64,000 bases of DNA from a bacterium (GTDB lineage Bacteria > Hinthialibacterota > Hinthialibacteria > Hinthialibacterales > Hinthialibacteraceae): NCBI GenBank assembly GCA_963663405.2, contig CAXXSM010000022.1, positions 99,785 to 163,784 on the forward strand, read 5' to 3'. Within the stretch, counting starts at the first letter, position 1, and every line of letters starts with the position of its first letter. The position numbers were made by a program, and so were the translations under genes. The notes under the pieces were generated by a model. That model saw nothing but the letters and a program-made list of their open reading frames with translations. It ran no database searches and was not told where the DNA came from. Positions 8,898 through 17,509 of the stretch are shown here, piece by piece.

Positions 8898-10379
8898 ATC
8901 AGTTCCTTCCGCTGGATTGACGAACGACATAACGACAATATCTCTCGTTCCCAATCCTTTACCAGGAACCGCCCGTGATCCCCAGGTAATGGAAACTCGG
9001 TCGTTAGTGATCGCCGGAATCGCTTCACCGGGATCGCCTGCGGTCGCCTCGCCGGTTGTGGGATCGGTGAATTCGGGCAGCGGGTGAACGACAAAGGCGT
9101 CGGTGGCGGGTGTGCCGTCCGCGTTGAAGATCCGGGCGACGACGCTTTCTGTTCCACTGTCGAGATCCGCGGCTCCATCATGCCATGAAATCACAAACGT
9201 GCCATTGGGCGCCATAGCGCATCGTTCCCGTCCTAAACTTCGGAAATCGGCGTGTTGTGTAACGGCGATGAAGGGAGTGATCGGTTCGCCTTGATCATCC
9301 CAGACACGAGCCATAATCTGGGTCATATCCGCCATATCCGCAGGATATCCCAAATCGACAGTGGCGTTCACGGTATGGACCGTGACGAACCGGTCTTCTC
9401 CACTCGCGTCGAACCAAGAGGGACGGATTCCAGTGGCTTCATCCGTCGCTGAGAATTCCTTGACGAGATTGCCGTCGTTATCATAAATAACGCCTTTGCT
9501 ACTACTCGTTCCACTAATGGCGCTTTTATCATCATAAAATATACAGACAAAACCGTTGGCTAAACCGCCTAAACGTAGATCTTGCTGTTGACCGGTTAAA
9601 TCGTCTGTCGCAAAGAATTCATCTTTAAATCGTGTTCCATCTCCGTTGAAGATATTAAGTAAGGGAACTCGTGATCCTCCATCTGGATAATCCGGATCGT
9701 CTACGTAGCGGTGATCCCGCGCTACGGTTCCAATGACGAATTTACCATCGCTAAGCCAGCAACAATCCCATTCACGATGGCCCGCGCTGAACTGAGAGAT
9801 AGAGATTGGTTCGGGGGTGGTTGGTTCCAACTGATCGTTGAACAGTTTGAAGAATCCGTGTCCCTGCCCATCGTCCTCGTGAATTCCATCCTCGTCAATG
9901 ACAGTATCAGGGATCACGGCGTCCGTCCCAAATAATTGTCCATATTGCCATGTGGCGGCGCCAAGGAATCCACCACCGACGCGATCGGCTTTATTCAGGG
10001 TCCAGTTCGTGTTTCCGCCGGTGTTGGCGCCGACAATAATATCGTCAGCGTTGTCTTCCGTGATCGTTGGGAAGACCAACGCGCCGGACGCGTCGATACC
10101 ATTCACATGATGGCTTCCCAGGCGATTGACCCAAAAGACCGTTGTTGATCCATTGTTGAGAATGGAAATTTTTGGTTCGCGATCATCCCCTGTGGTTTGC
10201 CCTAGAATCACAGGACCTTCCGTTGTTATGGCTTCCAGACCAGCGACATCGAATGTGGGTGTTTCGTCGATAATCGTGATCTCTTCCCCAAGTGGTTGAG
10301 CCACACAGGGATGATAAACCAATAAAGAAAACGCCGACACACACACGAAAAACAATGCAAATCGTAAGACTCTCATCAT
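8865..10379 (-). CDS. Secreted acidic beta-repeat protein of unknown function with C-terminal W-motif
   Basis: Signal peptide; recurring units FKLFNDQ, LNIFNGDG, VIYDNDG, ARVWDDQG, ARIFNADG; ends TAVCDWSIFE. Confidence 0.75.
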   Translation of the reverse strand: MMRVLRFALFFVCVSAFSLLVYHPCVAQPLGEEITIIDETPTFDVAGLEAITTEGPVILGQTTGDDREPKISILNNGSTTVFWVNRLGSHHVNGIDASGALVFPTITEDNADDIIVGANTGGNTNWTLNKADRVGGGFLGAATWQYGQLFGTDAVIPDTVIDEDGIHEDDGQGHGFFKLFNDQLEPTTPEPISISQFSAGHREWDCCWLSDGKFVIGTVARDHRYVDDPDYPDGGSRVPLLNIFNGDGTRFKDEFFATDDLTGQQQDLRLGGLANGFVCIFYDDKSAISGTSSSKGVIYDNDGNLVKEFSATDEATGIRPSWFDASGEDRFVTVHTVNATVDLGYPADMADMTQIMARVWDDQGEPITPFIAVTQHADFRSLGRERCAMAPNGTFVISWHDGAADLDSGTESVVARIFNADGTPATDAFVVHPLPEFTDPTTGEATAGDPGEAIPAITNDRVSITWGSRAVPGKGLGTRDIVVMSFVNPAEGTDTAVCDWSIFE

Positions 10380-10442
10380 GCTGCCCCTTTCTTGTTTCAT
10401 ATTCTGTTTTACTAAAAAGATTCAATAGATTTACAATTTTAT

Positions 10443-10470
10443 ATTATGCTATAAAACCGATAGAAGTCAA
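10443..10470 (-). promoter_or_regulatory. Putative sigma-70 promoter
   Basis: TTGACT-N16-CATAAT on the - strand in an AT-rich intergenic region. Confidence 0.4.
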
Positions 10471-10739
10471 CAAGACTCCATCGAGAATGGACAATCGATC
10501 ATCAAATTTTTTACTAAAAGAAAAGCATATATTTATTCAGCGTATATTAATTTTAAATTAATGATGATTAATTTTAGGAATACAGGGCTGGAAGATTCTA
10601 ACAAACCGATGGTTTTGAATGCGTTCATTAGCCGAATGATTCTTGTTTTTTGATAGATCGTTCCATTATCTATCTTATTTCCCTTTCATTTCAACTAAAA
10701 TAAAGTGAATGATATCTGATTGAAATAAGGGAAAGATGG

Positions 10740-11366
10740 ATGGTCAATCCAAAATGGAAGATCGTCACTCTTGGTTATCGTAATGAAAACGTGGATGGGG
10801 AGGAGGGAACTCATCCGCCGATCCAGGGGTGCACGTCTACGTTGATTGAAGTGGAAAATCGGCGGATTGTTGTGGATCCGGGATTGGATTCTATTCAAGA
10901 TTACGCAACGACACTCTTCCACCAAACCGGATATAATCCGGATGAGATCGATACGGTTTTTTTGACACATTTTCATGCGAATCACCGGCGCAGCCTCCAT
11001 CTCTTCCGAAAATCGGTCTGGTTGATGTCCCGTTCAGAAATCCGCTGGCGCCAGAAACACGATGAGACAAATGAAGAAGAGCGGGATGTTCTCGCCCGGA
11101 TCGTTCCGGCTGAGGAGCACGCGCTGCCCGGCGTGGAACTCGTTCCCACTCCCGGCCATACGCATGGCTCCACCTCGTTGTTGTTTGAAACGCGGGAAGG
11201 AATGATCGTCGCCGCAGGGGACGCGGCGTTGACGTTCGAGCATTTTGAGGATCGCCACGTATCTGAACATGCGGAAGACATTAAAGAGGCGAAACGTTCG
11301 ATCGACCGGATCGCGAAGATGGCCGATCTCGTGATTCCCGGCCATGAGAATTATTTTGTCGTTTGA
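10740..11366 (+). CDS. MBL-fold metallo-hydrolase
   Basis: IVVDPG, THFHANH (HxHxDH variant), TPGHT, GDA, IPGH. Confidence 0.85.
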   Translation: MVNPKWKIVTLGYRNENVDGEEGTHPPIQGCTSTLIEVENRRIVVDPGLDSIQDYATTLFHQTGYNPDEIDTVFLTHFHANHRRSLHLFRKSVWLMSRSEIRWRQKHDETNEEERDVLARIVPAEEHALPGVELVPTPGHTHGSTSLLFETREGMIVAAGDAALTFEHFEDRHVSEHAEDIKEAKRSIDRIAKMADLVIPGHENYFVV

Positions 11367-13804
11367 GAGAGAGCCGCACCAGCGGGTTGAAATCGCGCGA
11401 CCGTCACACCGGAACCGCCTTCGTACTCAGAACCGTTTTCATACGATGTCACGACGGGATTATCCTTTAAGAATTGGCGGACGGCGCGCCGCAGTGTTCC
11501 CGTGCCGTGTCCATGTACGATTATGACGTAGGGGATATTCGAGAGAAACGCGTGATCGATGAATTTCTGCAACAGAGGAGTCATTTCATCCACGGTCATC
11601 CCATGAATGTCGAGTTGATATTCAATACTTTGGGGACGATCGACGTTGATCCCTCCGGTTTTGACTTTGGTATTCTTCTTTTTGGGGGCGAGAACGGCCA
11701 GGACGCGTTCGCTTTTGATCCGCAAATTCATAGAACTGACGCTGACCTCCAATTCGCCTTTGTCAGGCCAGAGTTTCGTGACGGTTCCTGGTTCGGTGAG
11801 ACCACCGATGCGGACGCGGACGTTAGGTTTGAGTTGATCCCAGGACCAATCTTCCCGTTCGAAGGTTTCCACGACCGGCTCGTGTTTTCCCTGGGCAAAA
11901 ACGGTTTTCGCTTGCTCTAATTCACCCCGCAGACTAGTAAGGACGGTTTCCGCTGGGGCGGATTCGCTGGACCGCTCGACGAGTCGCTCCAGTTTTTCCT
12001 TCCATTGTTTTTGGTAACCACGTTCTTGTTTATCGAGTTGTTCGAGCCGCCGTTCCAGTTCCCGGATCACGCCCTGGGCTTTTCGTTCGGCCCGTTGGAT
12101 GACGTCGTTCGCTTCGTTCCTCGCTTTGCGCATTCGGTTTTCACGTTCGATGCGGAGATTTTTTGCTTTTTCAAATTCCCTTTCGGCTTCTTGGCGCTGG
12201 GCGTTGGAGGCGCGCAATTCTTCTCCTAGCTGGGTTAAGAGATCTTCAGGGGCGGCGCCACGGTGTTGGAGGTTTTTCTTCGCATCTTGGATAATCGAAT
12301 CCGGTAATCCCAACCGGCCGGCGATCTGGATGGCGTTGCTCTGTCCGGGAAGCCCCATTGTGAACGCGAATGTGGGTTGAAGCGATTGTAGATCGAATTC
12401 CATCGATCCATTCTCAACGCCTTCTGTTTGATGCGCGAAGACTTTCAAATCCTGCAGATGCGTCGTAACAAAGTACATGGCGCCTTTCTCGTGCAGTTGT
12501 TTCAAGATCGCGCCGGCCAGAGCGCCGCCTTCGGCCGGATCGGTGCCCGAGCCCAATTCATCCAGTAAGACAAGACTGCCGGAGCCGGTTTTTTCGATGA
12601 TGGAACGGATATTGGTGATGTGGGAAGAGAAAGTGGAAAGACTTTGTTCAAGGCTTTGTTCGTCTCCGATGTCAGCGCCGATCGATCGAAAGACGGGCAA
12701 TTCGGTCGAATCATCCGCTGGGATGTGCATTCCACATTGCGCCATCAGCGCTAAAAGCCCAATCGTTTTTAAAACGACTGTTTTTCCACCTGTGTTCGGA
12801 CCGGTGATGACCAATCCACGCGTTTCGGGTTCGAATCGAAGGTTTAAGGGGACCACCCGGACCTTACCATGTTGGACCAGCAACAGGGGATGGCGTCCAT
12901 TGACGATGGAGATTGTATTCTCCACCATGACCGGCGCGTTCATCTGGTGTTTGAAACTGAATCGCGCTTTGGCTGCAATCAAATCCAATTGGCGGAAGAT
13001 TTCCAGATTGTAGAGCAGTTCATCGTAATATTGACCAATCAGCGCGGTCAATGCGCAGAGGATTTTCCGGATTTCGATTTCCTCTTCGCGATGAAGACTT
13101 TTAAGCCGGTTGCCGTCTTCGACCAATTCGAGGGGTTCGATGAAGACGGTGGTTCCGGTTGTGGAGCGGTCGTGGATGATGCCGCGCAACTTATTTTGAT
13201 AGCGCGCGTCGATGGGGAGGACATACCGGCCTTCACGCTGGGTGTAATACGATTCCTGCATATAATCTTTGAGCCTTCCACGCATGAGCCGTTCAAGGCG
13301 CCGGACGAGGGCGCCGCGTTGTAGATGGATCGATTTTCGAACGCGGGATAATTCGTGGGAGGCGCTATCGCGAATCTGTTTCTTTTCGTCAAAGACTTTG
13401 TTGATGGCTTTCTCAATTTCGGGATGGGGAATCAGGCGGCGTCCATAGATCTGAATGTGGGGCGCGTCATTCTGGATTCCTTCCACCGCTTTGCGGATTC
13501 GGACCGTGGCGGCGCAGGTTTCACCGATGATTAGAATTTCGGAAGGATCAAGCATCGCGCCGGAGAGGAGGCTGCGTCCAAGAGATTCACGGATATCATA
13601 GAATCCTTCGAGAGGAAGAGGGCGGTTTGTTTCCCACAACCGGACCATTTCGGTCACTTCGCGAAGCGCGAAGCGGATCTCTTCCAACGAGAGGGACGGC
13701 GCCAGCGATTGGATGGCCTCCCGGCCCAGCGGGGAAACCGCGAACTGACTCAGAATGTCTTTGAGTTTATGAAATTCCAGTACCCGGAGAGCGTGTTCAT
13801 CCAT
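11351..13804 (-). CDS. mutS2: Endonuclease MutS2 with Smr domain
   Basis: TGPNTGGKT, DIGDEQSLEQSLSTFSSH, LLDELGSGTDP, TTH; C-terminal LDIHG...IVHGHGTG. Confidence 0.95.
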   Translation of the reverse strand: MDEHALRVLEFHKLKDILSQFAVSPLGREAIQSLAPSLSLEEIRFALREVTEMVRLWETNRPLPLEGFYDIRESLGRSLLSGAMLDPSEILIIGETCAATVRIRKAVEGIQNDAPHIQIYGRRLIPHPEIEKAINKVFDEKKQIRDSASHELSRVRKSIHLQRGALVRRLERLMRGRLKDYMQESYYTQREGRYVLPIDARYQNKLRGIIHDRSTTGTTVFIEPLELVEDGNRLKSLHREEEIEIRKILCALTALIGQYYDELLYNLEIFRQLDLIAAKARFSFKHQMNAPVMVENTISIVNGRHPLLLVQHGKVRVVPLNLRFEPETRGLVITGPNTGGKTVVLKTIGLLALMAQCGMHIPADDSTELPVFRSIGADIGDEQSLEQSLSTFSSHITNIRSIIEKTGSGSLVLLDELGSGTDPAEGGALAGAILKQLHEKGAMYFVTTHLQDLKVFAHQTEGVENGSMEFDLQSLQPTFAFTMGLPGQSNAIQIAGRLGLPDSIIQDAKKNLQHRGAAPEDLLTQLGEELRASNAQRQEAEREFEKAKNLRIERENRMRKARNEANDVIQRAERKAQGVIRELERRLEQLDKQERGYQKQWKEKLERLVERSSESAPAETVLTSLRGELEQAKTVFAQGKHEPVVETFEREDWSWDQLKPNVRVRIGGLTEPGTVTKLWPDKGELEVSVSSMNLRIKSERVLAVLAPKKKNTKVKTGGINVDRPQSIEYQLDIHGMTVDEMTPLLQKFIDHAFLSNIPYVIIVHGHGTGTLRRAVRQFLKDNPVVTSYENGSEYEGGSGVTVARFQPAGAALSQTTK

Positions 13805-13888
13805 TCCGTATAGCTCGTTATGTAATACGGCGCCGAGAAGGATTTCGTAAGGAGAAATTCAGGCGAGTGATGTCAACAAAATAGAATC

Positions 13889-13910
13889 AACGCCTAATAT
13901 TTTAGGCGTT
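13889..13910 (-). terminator. Hairpin downstream of the small - strand ORF
   Basis: AACGCCTAA-TATT-TTAGGCGTT. Confidence 0.4.
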
Positions 13911-13941
13911 TTATTCCACTTTCGGCCTTTCTAGGTTCTTC

Positions 13942-14232
13942 TTACATTGTTTCCTGAGGACGCGGTTCACGTATTTCTTTGTTCGTTACCCATTTGATAA
14001 AATATCGAATATGGCCGATCAATCCCACGTGTTTTTTCCAATTTTCGATAAAGATGTCACAGCGTGGACAACCGTTTTTGGTCGGTTTTTCGGCGCGGTT
14101 CATCAAGACAAAAAGTTTTCGTTCACGATGACTGGGCCGTGGCCGCATGGGTGTCATTATTTCTGGACAATGAAAGTCCCCATCTTTGAAGGGGCATATA
14201 AAATCAATCTGCCGTATTGGTTTATCGCTCAC
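13942..14232 (-). CDS. Small hypothetical Cys-containing protein (96 aa)
   Basis: AGGGGAG RBS 8 nt before GTG at 14232; CPF..HCP..CPRC; fills an otherwise empty gap. Confidence 0.5.
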   Translation of the reverse strand: MSDKPIRQIDFICPFKDGDFHCPEIMTPMRPRPSHRERKLFVLMNRAEKPTKNGCPRCDIFIENWKKHVGLIGHIRYFIKWVTNKEIREPRPQETM

Positions 14233-14417
14233 AATCAGAACTCCCCTTTTTGGTCTATAATCGACTGGATAGTATAGCATCACGGCCGCATTGGAGTAAT
14301 GTCCCGCTGTCGAAATTATTGAACTCCCATTGACAGACGAATGGTTTCGGAAACAATCATACAAAGTACGAACAAATGGCGTAGCAGCGCCCTATTTTTT
14401 CATTAAAAGGAGACAAA

Positions 14418-15863
14418 TTGATGACTGGGAGTAAGACAATCGAGATTTCTTCGTTGGTTCTTTCCCTATTCATGATGTGTTTCATCACGGGAGTCTGTGT
14501 AGGGGCGGACTTGACTGTAAAGCAGGACGGCTCTGGGGACTACCAAACCGTCCAAGAAGCGCTGGACGCGGCGTCGGAAGGAGACACCGTGATCGTCTCA
14601 GCGGGTGTGTATGAGGAGGATATTAATATTGGACATTTCAACGTGCCGTCCGAAAAGAAAGATGGGATCACCCTTGTTGCGGCGGATGGAGAAGATGTTG
14701 AAATTAGAGCGAGTAATACAGAACTTCGCTTCGCCGTTCTAGCGGCGGCCGGAAACGATCCAGGCCCCATGGACCGGATGGGTTTTATCATTCACGGTAA
14801 TAATATCACGGTAGAAGGAATTCGTTTTGTTCAACCGTCAGACGAAATTAACAACTTGGAGGTCAATACCGCAATCGCAGTAGGCGGCGCGGATGTAACA
14901 TTCCGCAACTGCGAGATTGTTGGCCCTGGACTGGAAGTAGACGAAGATATCGTGGGATTGGCGATCGCTATTTTTGATGTCCAAGGGATTATGGAAGGGA
15001 ATCCTACAATCGCGACGAATCTACTTTTAGAAGATTGCACGTTTACGAATGTTCCCTACGGCTTCGCCAACACGGATTTCCTTAGCACAGGGCTGCCGCC
15101 GGAAGTGACTCTCAATAACTGCGAGTTTTTCGGAACTGGAAACGCGATAGAAATCGACGCGGGCACCACTCATCTGATCGATTGTTACATGCATGATAAC
15201 GCGCAGGGTTTTCATATTTCCGATGATACCACCACCATTACGAACTGTATCATTGAAAACAACACAGTACATGGTATAGAGATTGACGATCAGGCGATCG
15301 AAGATGATGAACCGCCGGAGAATCCAGTCGTAACGATTGATGGCTGTACAATCTCAAATAATGGAACCGAGACGAACCATTATGGGCTGCTGATGGATAT
15401 CGGAACATTGACAATGACCAATACGATTATCCAAGGCAGTTCCGGCCCCAATGTGTTTTTTGGAACGGAATCGGGGCGGGAGAATATAGCCACGCTCGAT
15501 CACTGCGATCTCTATCAATCGAAAAGCGGTGTCGCGGTAAACACCGTCGCCGAATCGCAGGACATCATCACTTTCACGATGACCAATTCCATTGTTGTGG
15601 ATACAAAAGGCATTATCAACAGCGCGGATATTCTTGGCGATTTCACGGTGAATTACTGTGATGTCTATACGACTGACGCGCAGTTCGAAGGGCCGTTTCT
15701 CAGCACGGAGAATAATCTTAACGTCGATCCGGGCTATGTTGACGCGGCGAACGGGAATTTCTTCCTGCTGCCGGATTCTCAAGTCGCTACCGCCGGGGGA
15801 AATGGAACCTATATGGGTTCAAAAGGCGTTACGACTCCCGTCGGAGATTGGATGCTGCGGTAA
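14418..15863 (+). CDS. Secreted right-handed parallel beta-helix (pectin lyase-like) protein with C-terminal W-motif
   Basis: TVKQDGSGDYQTVQEALDAA start motif; repeated NC/DC-x-I/F units; DPGYVD...FFLLPDS; AGGAG RBS. Confidence 0.85.
   Translation: MMTGSKTIEISSLVLSLFMMCFITGVCVGADLTVKQDGSGDYQTVQEALDAASEGDTVIVSAGVYEEDINIGHFNVPSEKKDGITLVAADGEDVEIRASNTELRFAVLAAAGNDPGPMDRMGFIIHGNNITVEGIRFVQPSDEINNLEVNTAIAVGGADVTFRNCEIVGPGLEVDEDIVGLAIAIFDVQGIMEGNPTIATNLLLEDCTFTNVPYGFANTDFLSTGLPPEVTLNNCEFFGTGNAIEIDAGTTHLIDCYMHDNAQGFHISDDTTTITNCIIENNTVHGIEIDDQAIEDDEPPENPVVTIDGCTISNNGTETNHYGLLMDIGTLTMTNTIIQGSSGPNVFFGTESGRENIATLDHCDLYQSKSGVAVNTVAESQDIITFTMTNSIVVDTKGIINSADILGDFTVNYCDVYTTDAQFEGPFLSTENNLNVDPGYVDAANGNFFLLPDSQVATAGGNGTYMGSKGVTTPVGDWMLR
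15834..15863 (+). other. C-terminal W-motif copy 4 (TPVGDWMLR*)
   Basis: Last 9 residues. Confidence 0.75.
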
Positions 15864-15905
15864 ACGAATTCGTCTTGTATTAAACAAACACAAGAGGAGT
15901 GAAGC

Positions 15906-17192
15906 ATGAAAACGAGAGGAACAGGATTTTTATTCATCGCTGTTGTGGTAAGCGTTCTCATCGCCGCGCCCGCGTGGAGCGAGATAGTCGCGCGGGAAGG
16001 TAAAGGCTTTTTGGAGCGTGTGGACGGGCAGCTGATCCTTCATTTAAAAGGAAGTTATTATGAGATCGGCTATCAGCATGGGAAATTGCTGAAAACCCAA
16101 GTCGTCCAGAATATGAAGAACCTCGCGGACAATGAGACCGAGAAGGGCCAAACCATGGAGTATAAGATGTATAAAATGCTCCGTGGCGGCATGCACACCC
16201 GTCTCTTGCCCCATATCCCTAAAAAATTCATTGAGGAAATGCATGGCATCGCGGATGGCGCTGAAATGGAGTATGAAGACGTTCTGGCGGGGAATCTGTT
16301 TCCCGAAGCGTTTCATTGCAGTGGCGCCGCGTTTATGGGGAAAGCCTCACACGACGGCTCACTTTATCACGTCCGGATTCTCGATTTCATGGTTGACGCC
16401 GGTTTGCAGGACAACGCCGTTCTCTCGATCGTCGAACCGGAAGGCGCCTACGCGTTCATGAATGTTGGGTACGCGGGATTTATGGGTTCTGTCACCGGCA
16501 TGAATGAAAAGCAGATCACCATCGGTGAAATGGGCGGTGGCGGTCAGGGGCACTGGGATGGCCTGCCGATGTCGCTGCTGCTCCGGGATACGCTGGAACG
16601 GGCGTCGACCCTGCAGGAAGCGATGGATATATACAAAAACACGCCTCGCACTTGTGAATATTTTTACGTCATTTCCGACGCGAAGATTCCGGACGCGCGG
16701 GGTGTGTATGCGACACCAAAACAGATTCACTTCATCAAACCGGGAGAACGCTACGCGTTCTTTGATATCCCCCCCGCCCCGGAAAAAGACAGCGGTGGAA
16801 ACCGGGTTCTTCTGAAAGGATTCCGGGATATCATCTCTTCCCCCGTACAGACGTTGATTGAATCTCCGAAAGGGGATGAAATCGCCATGTTCAACCTTCA
16901 ACCGGAAGACTGCGTTATTATTTCCGGACCCGACCGGTACCGGTATTTCGCGGAACGGATTGTTGAGCAGTATGGCAAGGTGGATGAAAACGTATTACAG
17001 GAAGTGATCAAACGCCCCGTTTCGATGAAAAGCAATCTGCACAACGCGATCTTTCACCCTTCAACGTTAGAAGCCTGGGTGGCCCACGCCGATAAAGAAG
17101 GGAATCCCTCGTGCAACCAACCCTATCATCACTTCAAATTGGTGAAACAGACGGAGGAGAAAGAAGGCGTGCAAACGACGTTAGCGAAATAG
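15906..17192 (+). CDS. Secreted Ntn-hydrolase, peptidase C45 / acyl-CoA:6-APA acyltransferase-like
   Basis: LKGSYYEIGYQHG, EEMHGIADG, H-C-S nucleophile site, RILDF, TGMNE. Confidence 0.8.
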   Translation: MKTRGTGFLFIAVVVSVLIAAPAWSEIVAREGKGFLERVDGQLILHLKGSYYEIGYQHGKLLKTQVVQNMKNLADNETEKGQTMEYKMYKMLRGGMHTRLLPHIPKKFIEEMHGIADGAEMEYEDVLAGNLFPEAFHCSGAAFMGKASHDGSLYHVRILDFMVDAGLQDNAVLSIVEPEGAYAFMNVGYAGFMGSVTGMNEKQITIGEMGGGGQGHWDGLPMSLLLRDTLERASTLQEAMDIYKNTPRTCEYFYVISDAKIPDARGVYATPKQIHFIKPGERYAFFDIPPAPEKDSGGNRVLLKGFRDIISSPVQTLIESPKGDEIAMFNLQPEDCVIISGPDRYRYFAERIVEQYGKVDENVLQEVIKRPVSMKSNLHNAIFHPSTLEAWVAHADKEGNPSCNQPYHHFKLVKQTEEKEGVQTTLAK

Positions 17193-17353
17193 AACGTTGA
17201 TTGAAGCAATAAGTTTTTGAGCTCAGGATATATAGTCCTGGGCTCTTGTTTTATCCATCGGAGTATAGGAATTTTCCACTCATTTGGATAATGAGTACAT
17301 CGCAATGGACAAACCATTCACTTTTCATGGAAAATTGTGAAGCCGATCAAACC

Positions 17354-17399
17354 GCCCAGAGTTGAAACACTGGGCTAGTATATTTTGTCCCTGCGGGAC
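17354..17399. repeat. Double-hairpin intergenic element
   Basis: GCCCAGAGT-TGAA-ACACTGGGC followed by GTCCC-TGC-GGGAC. Confidence 0.4.
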
Positions 17400-17509
17400 A
17401 TAAAATTAGTTCTAGTTTTACTCGGAGAATATGAAAGAACAATTTTCGAATACGTATGTTTTGTTCTTATACTTTTTTAACTGGGTAAACTAACTTTATC
17501 GATCAATAA

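Noticed and set aside
14011-14277. + strand ORF ending SIIDWIV as a fifth W-motif protein
   Set aside because: No signal peptide or clear RBS, not acidic, and antisense to a better-supported ORF. It shows that weak matches to the motif can arise by chance.
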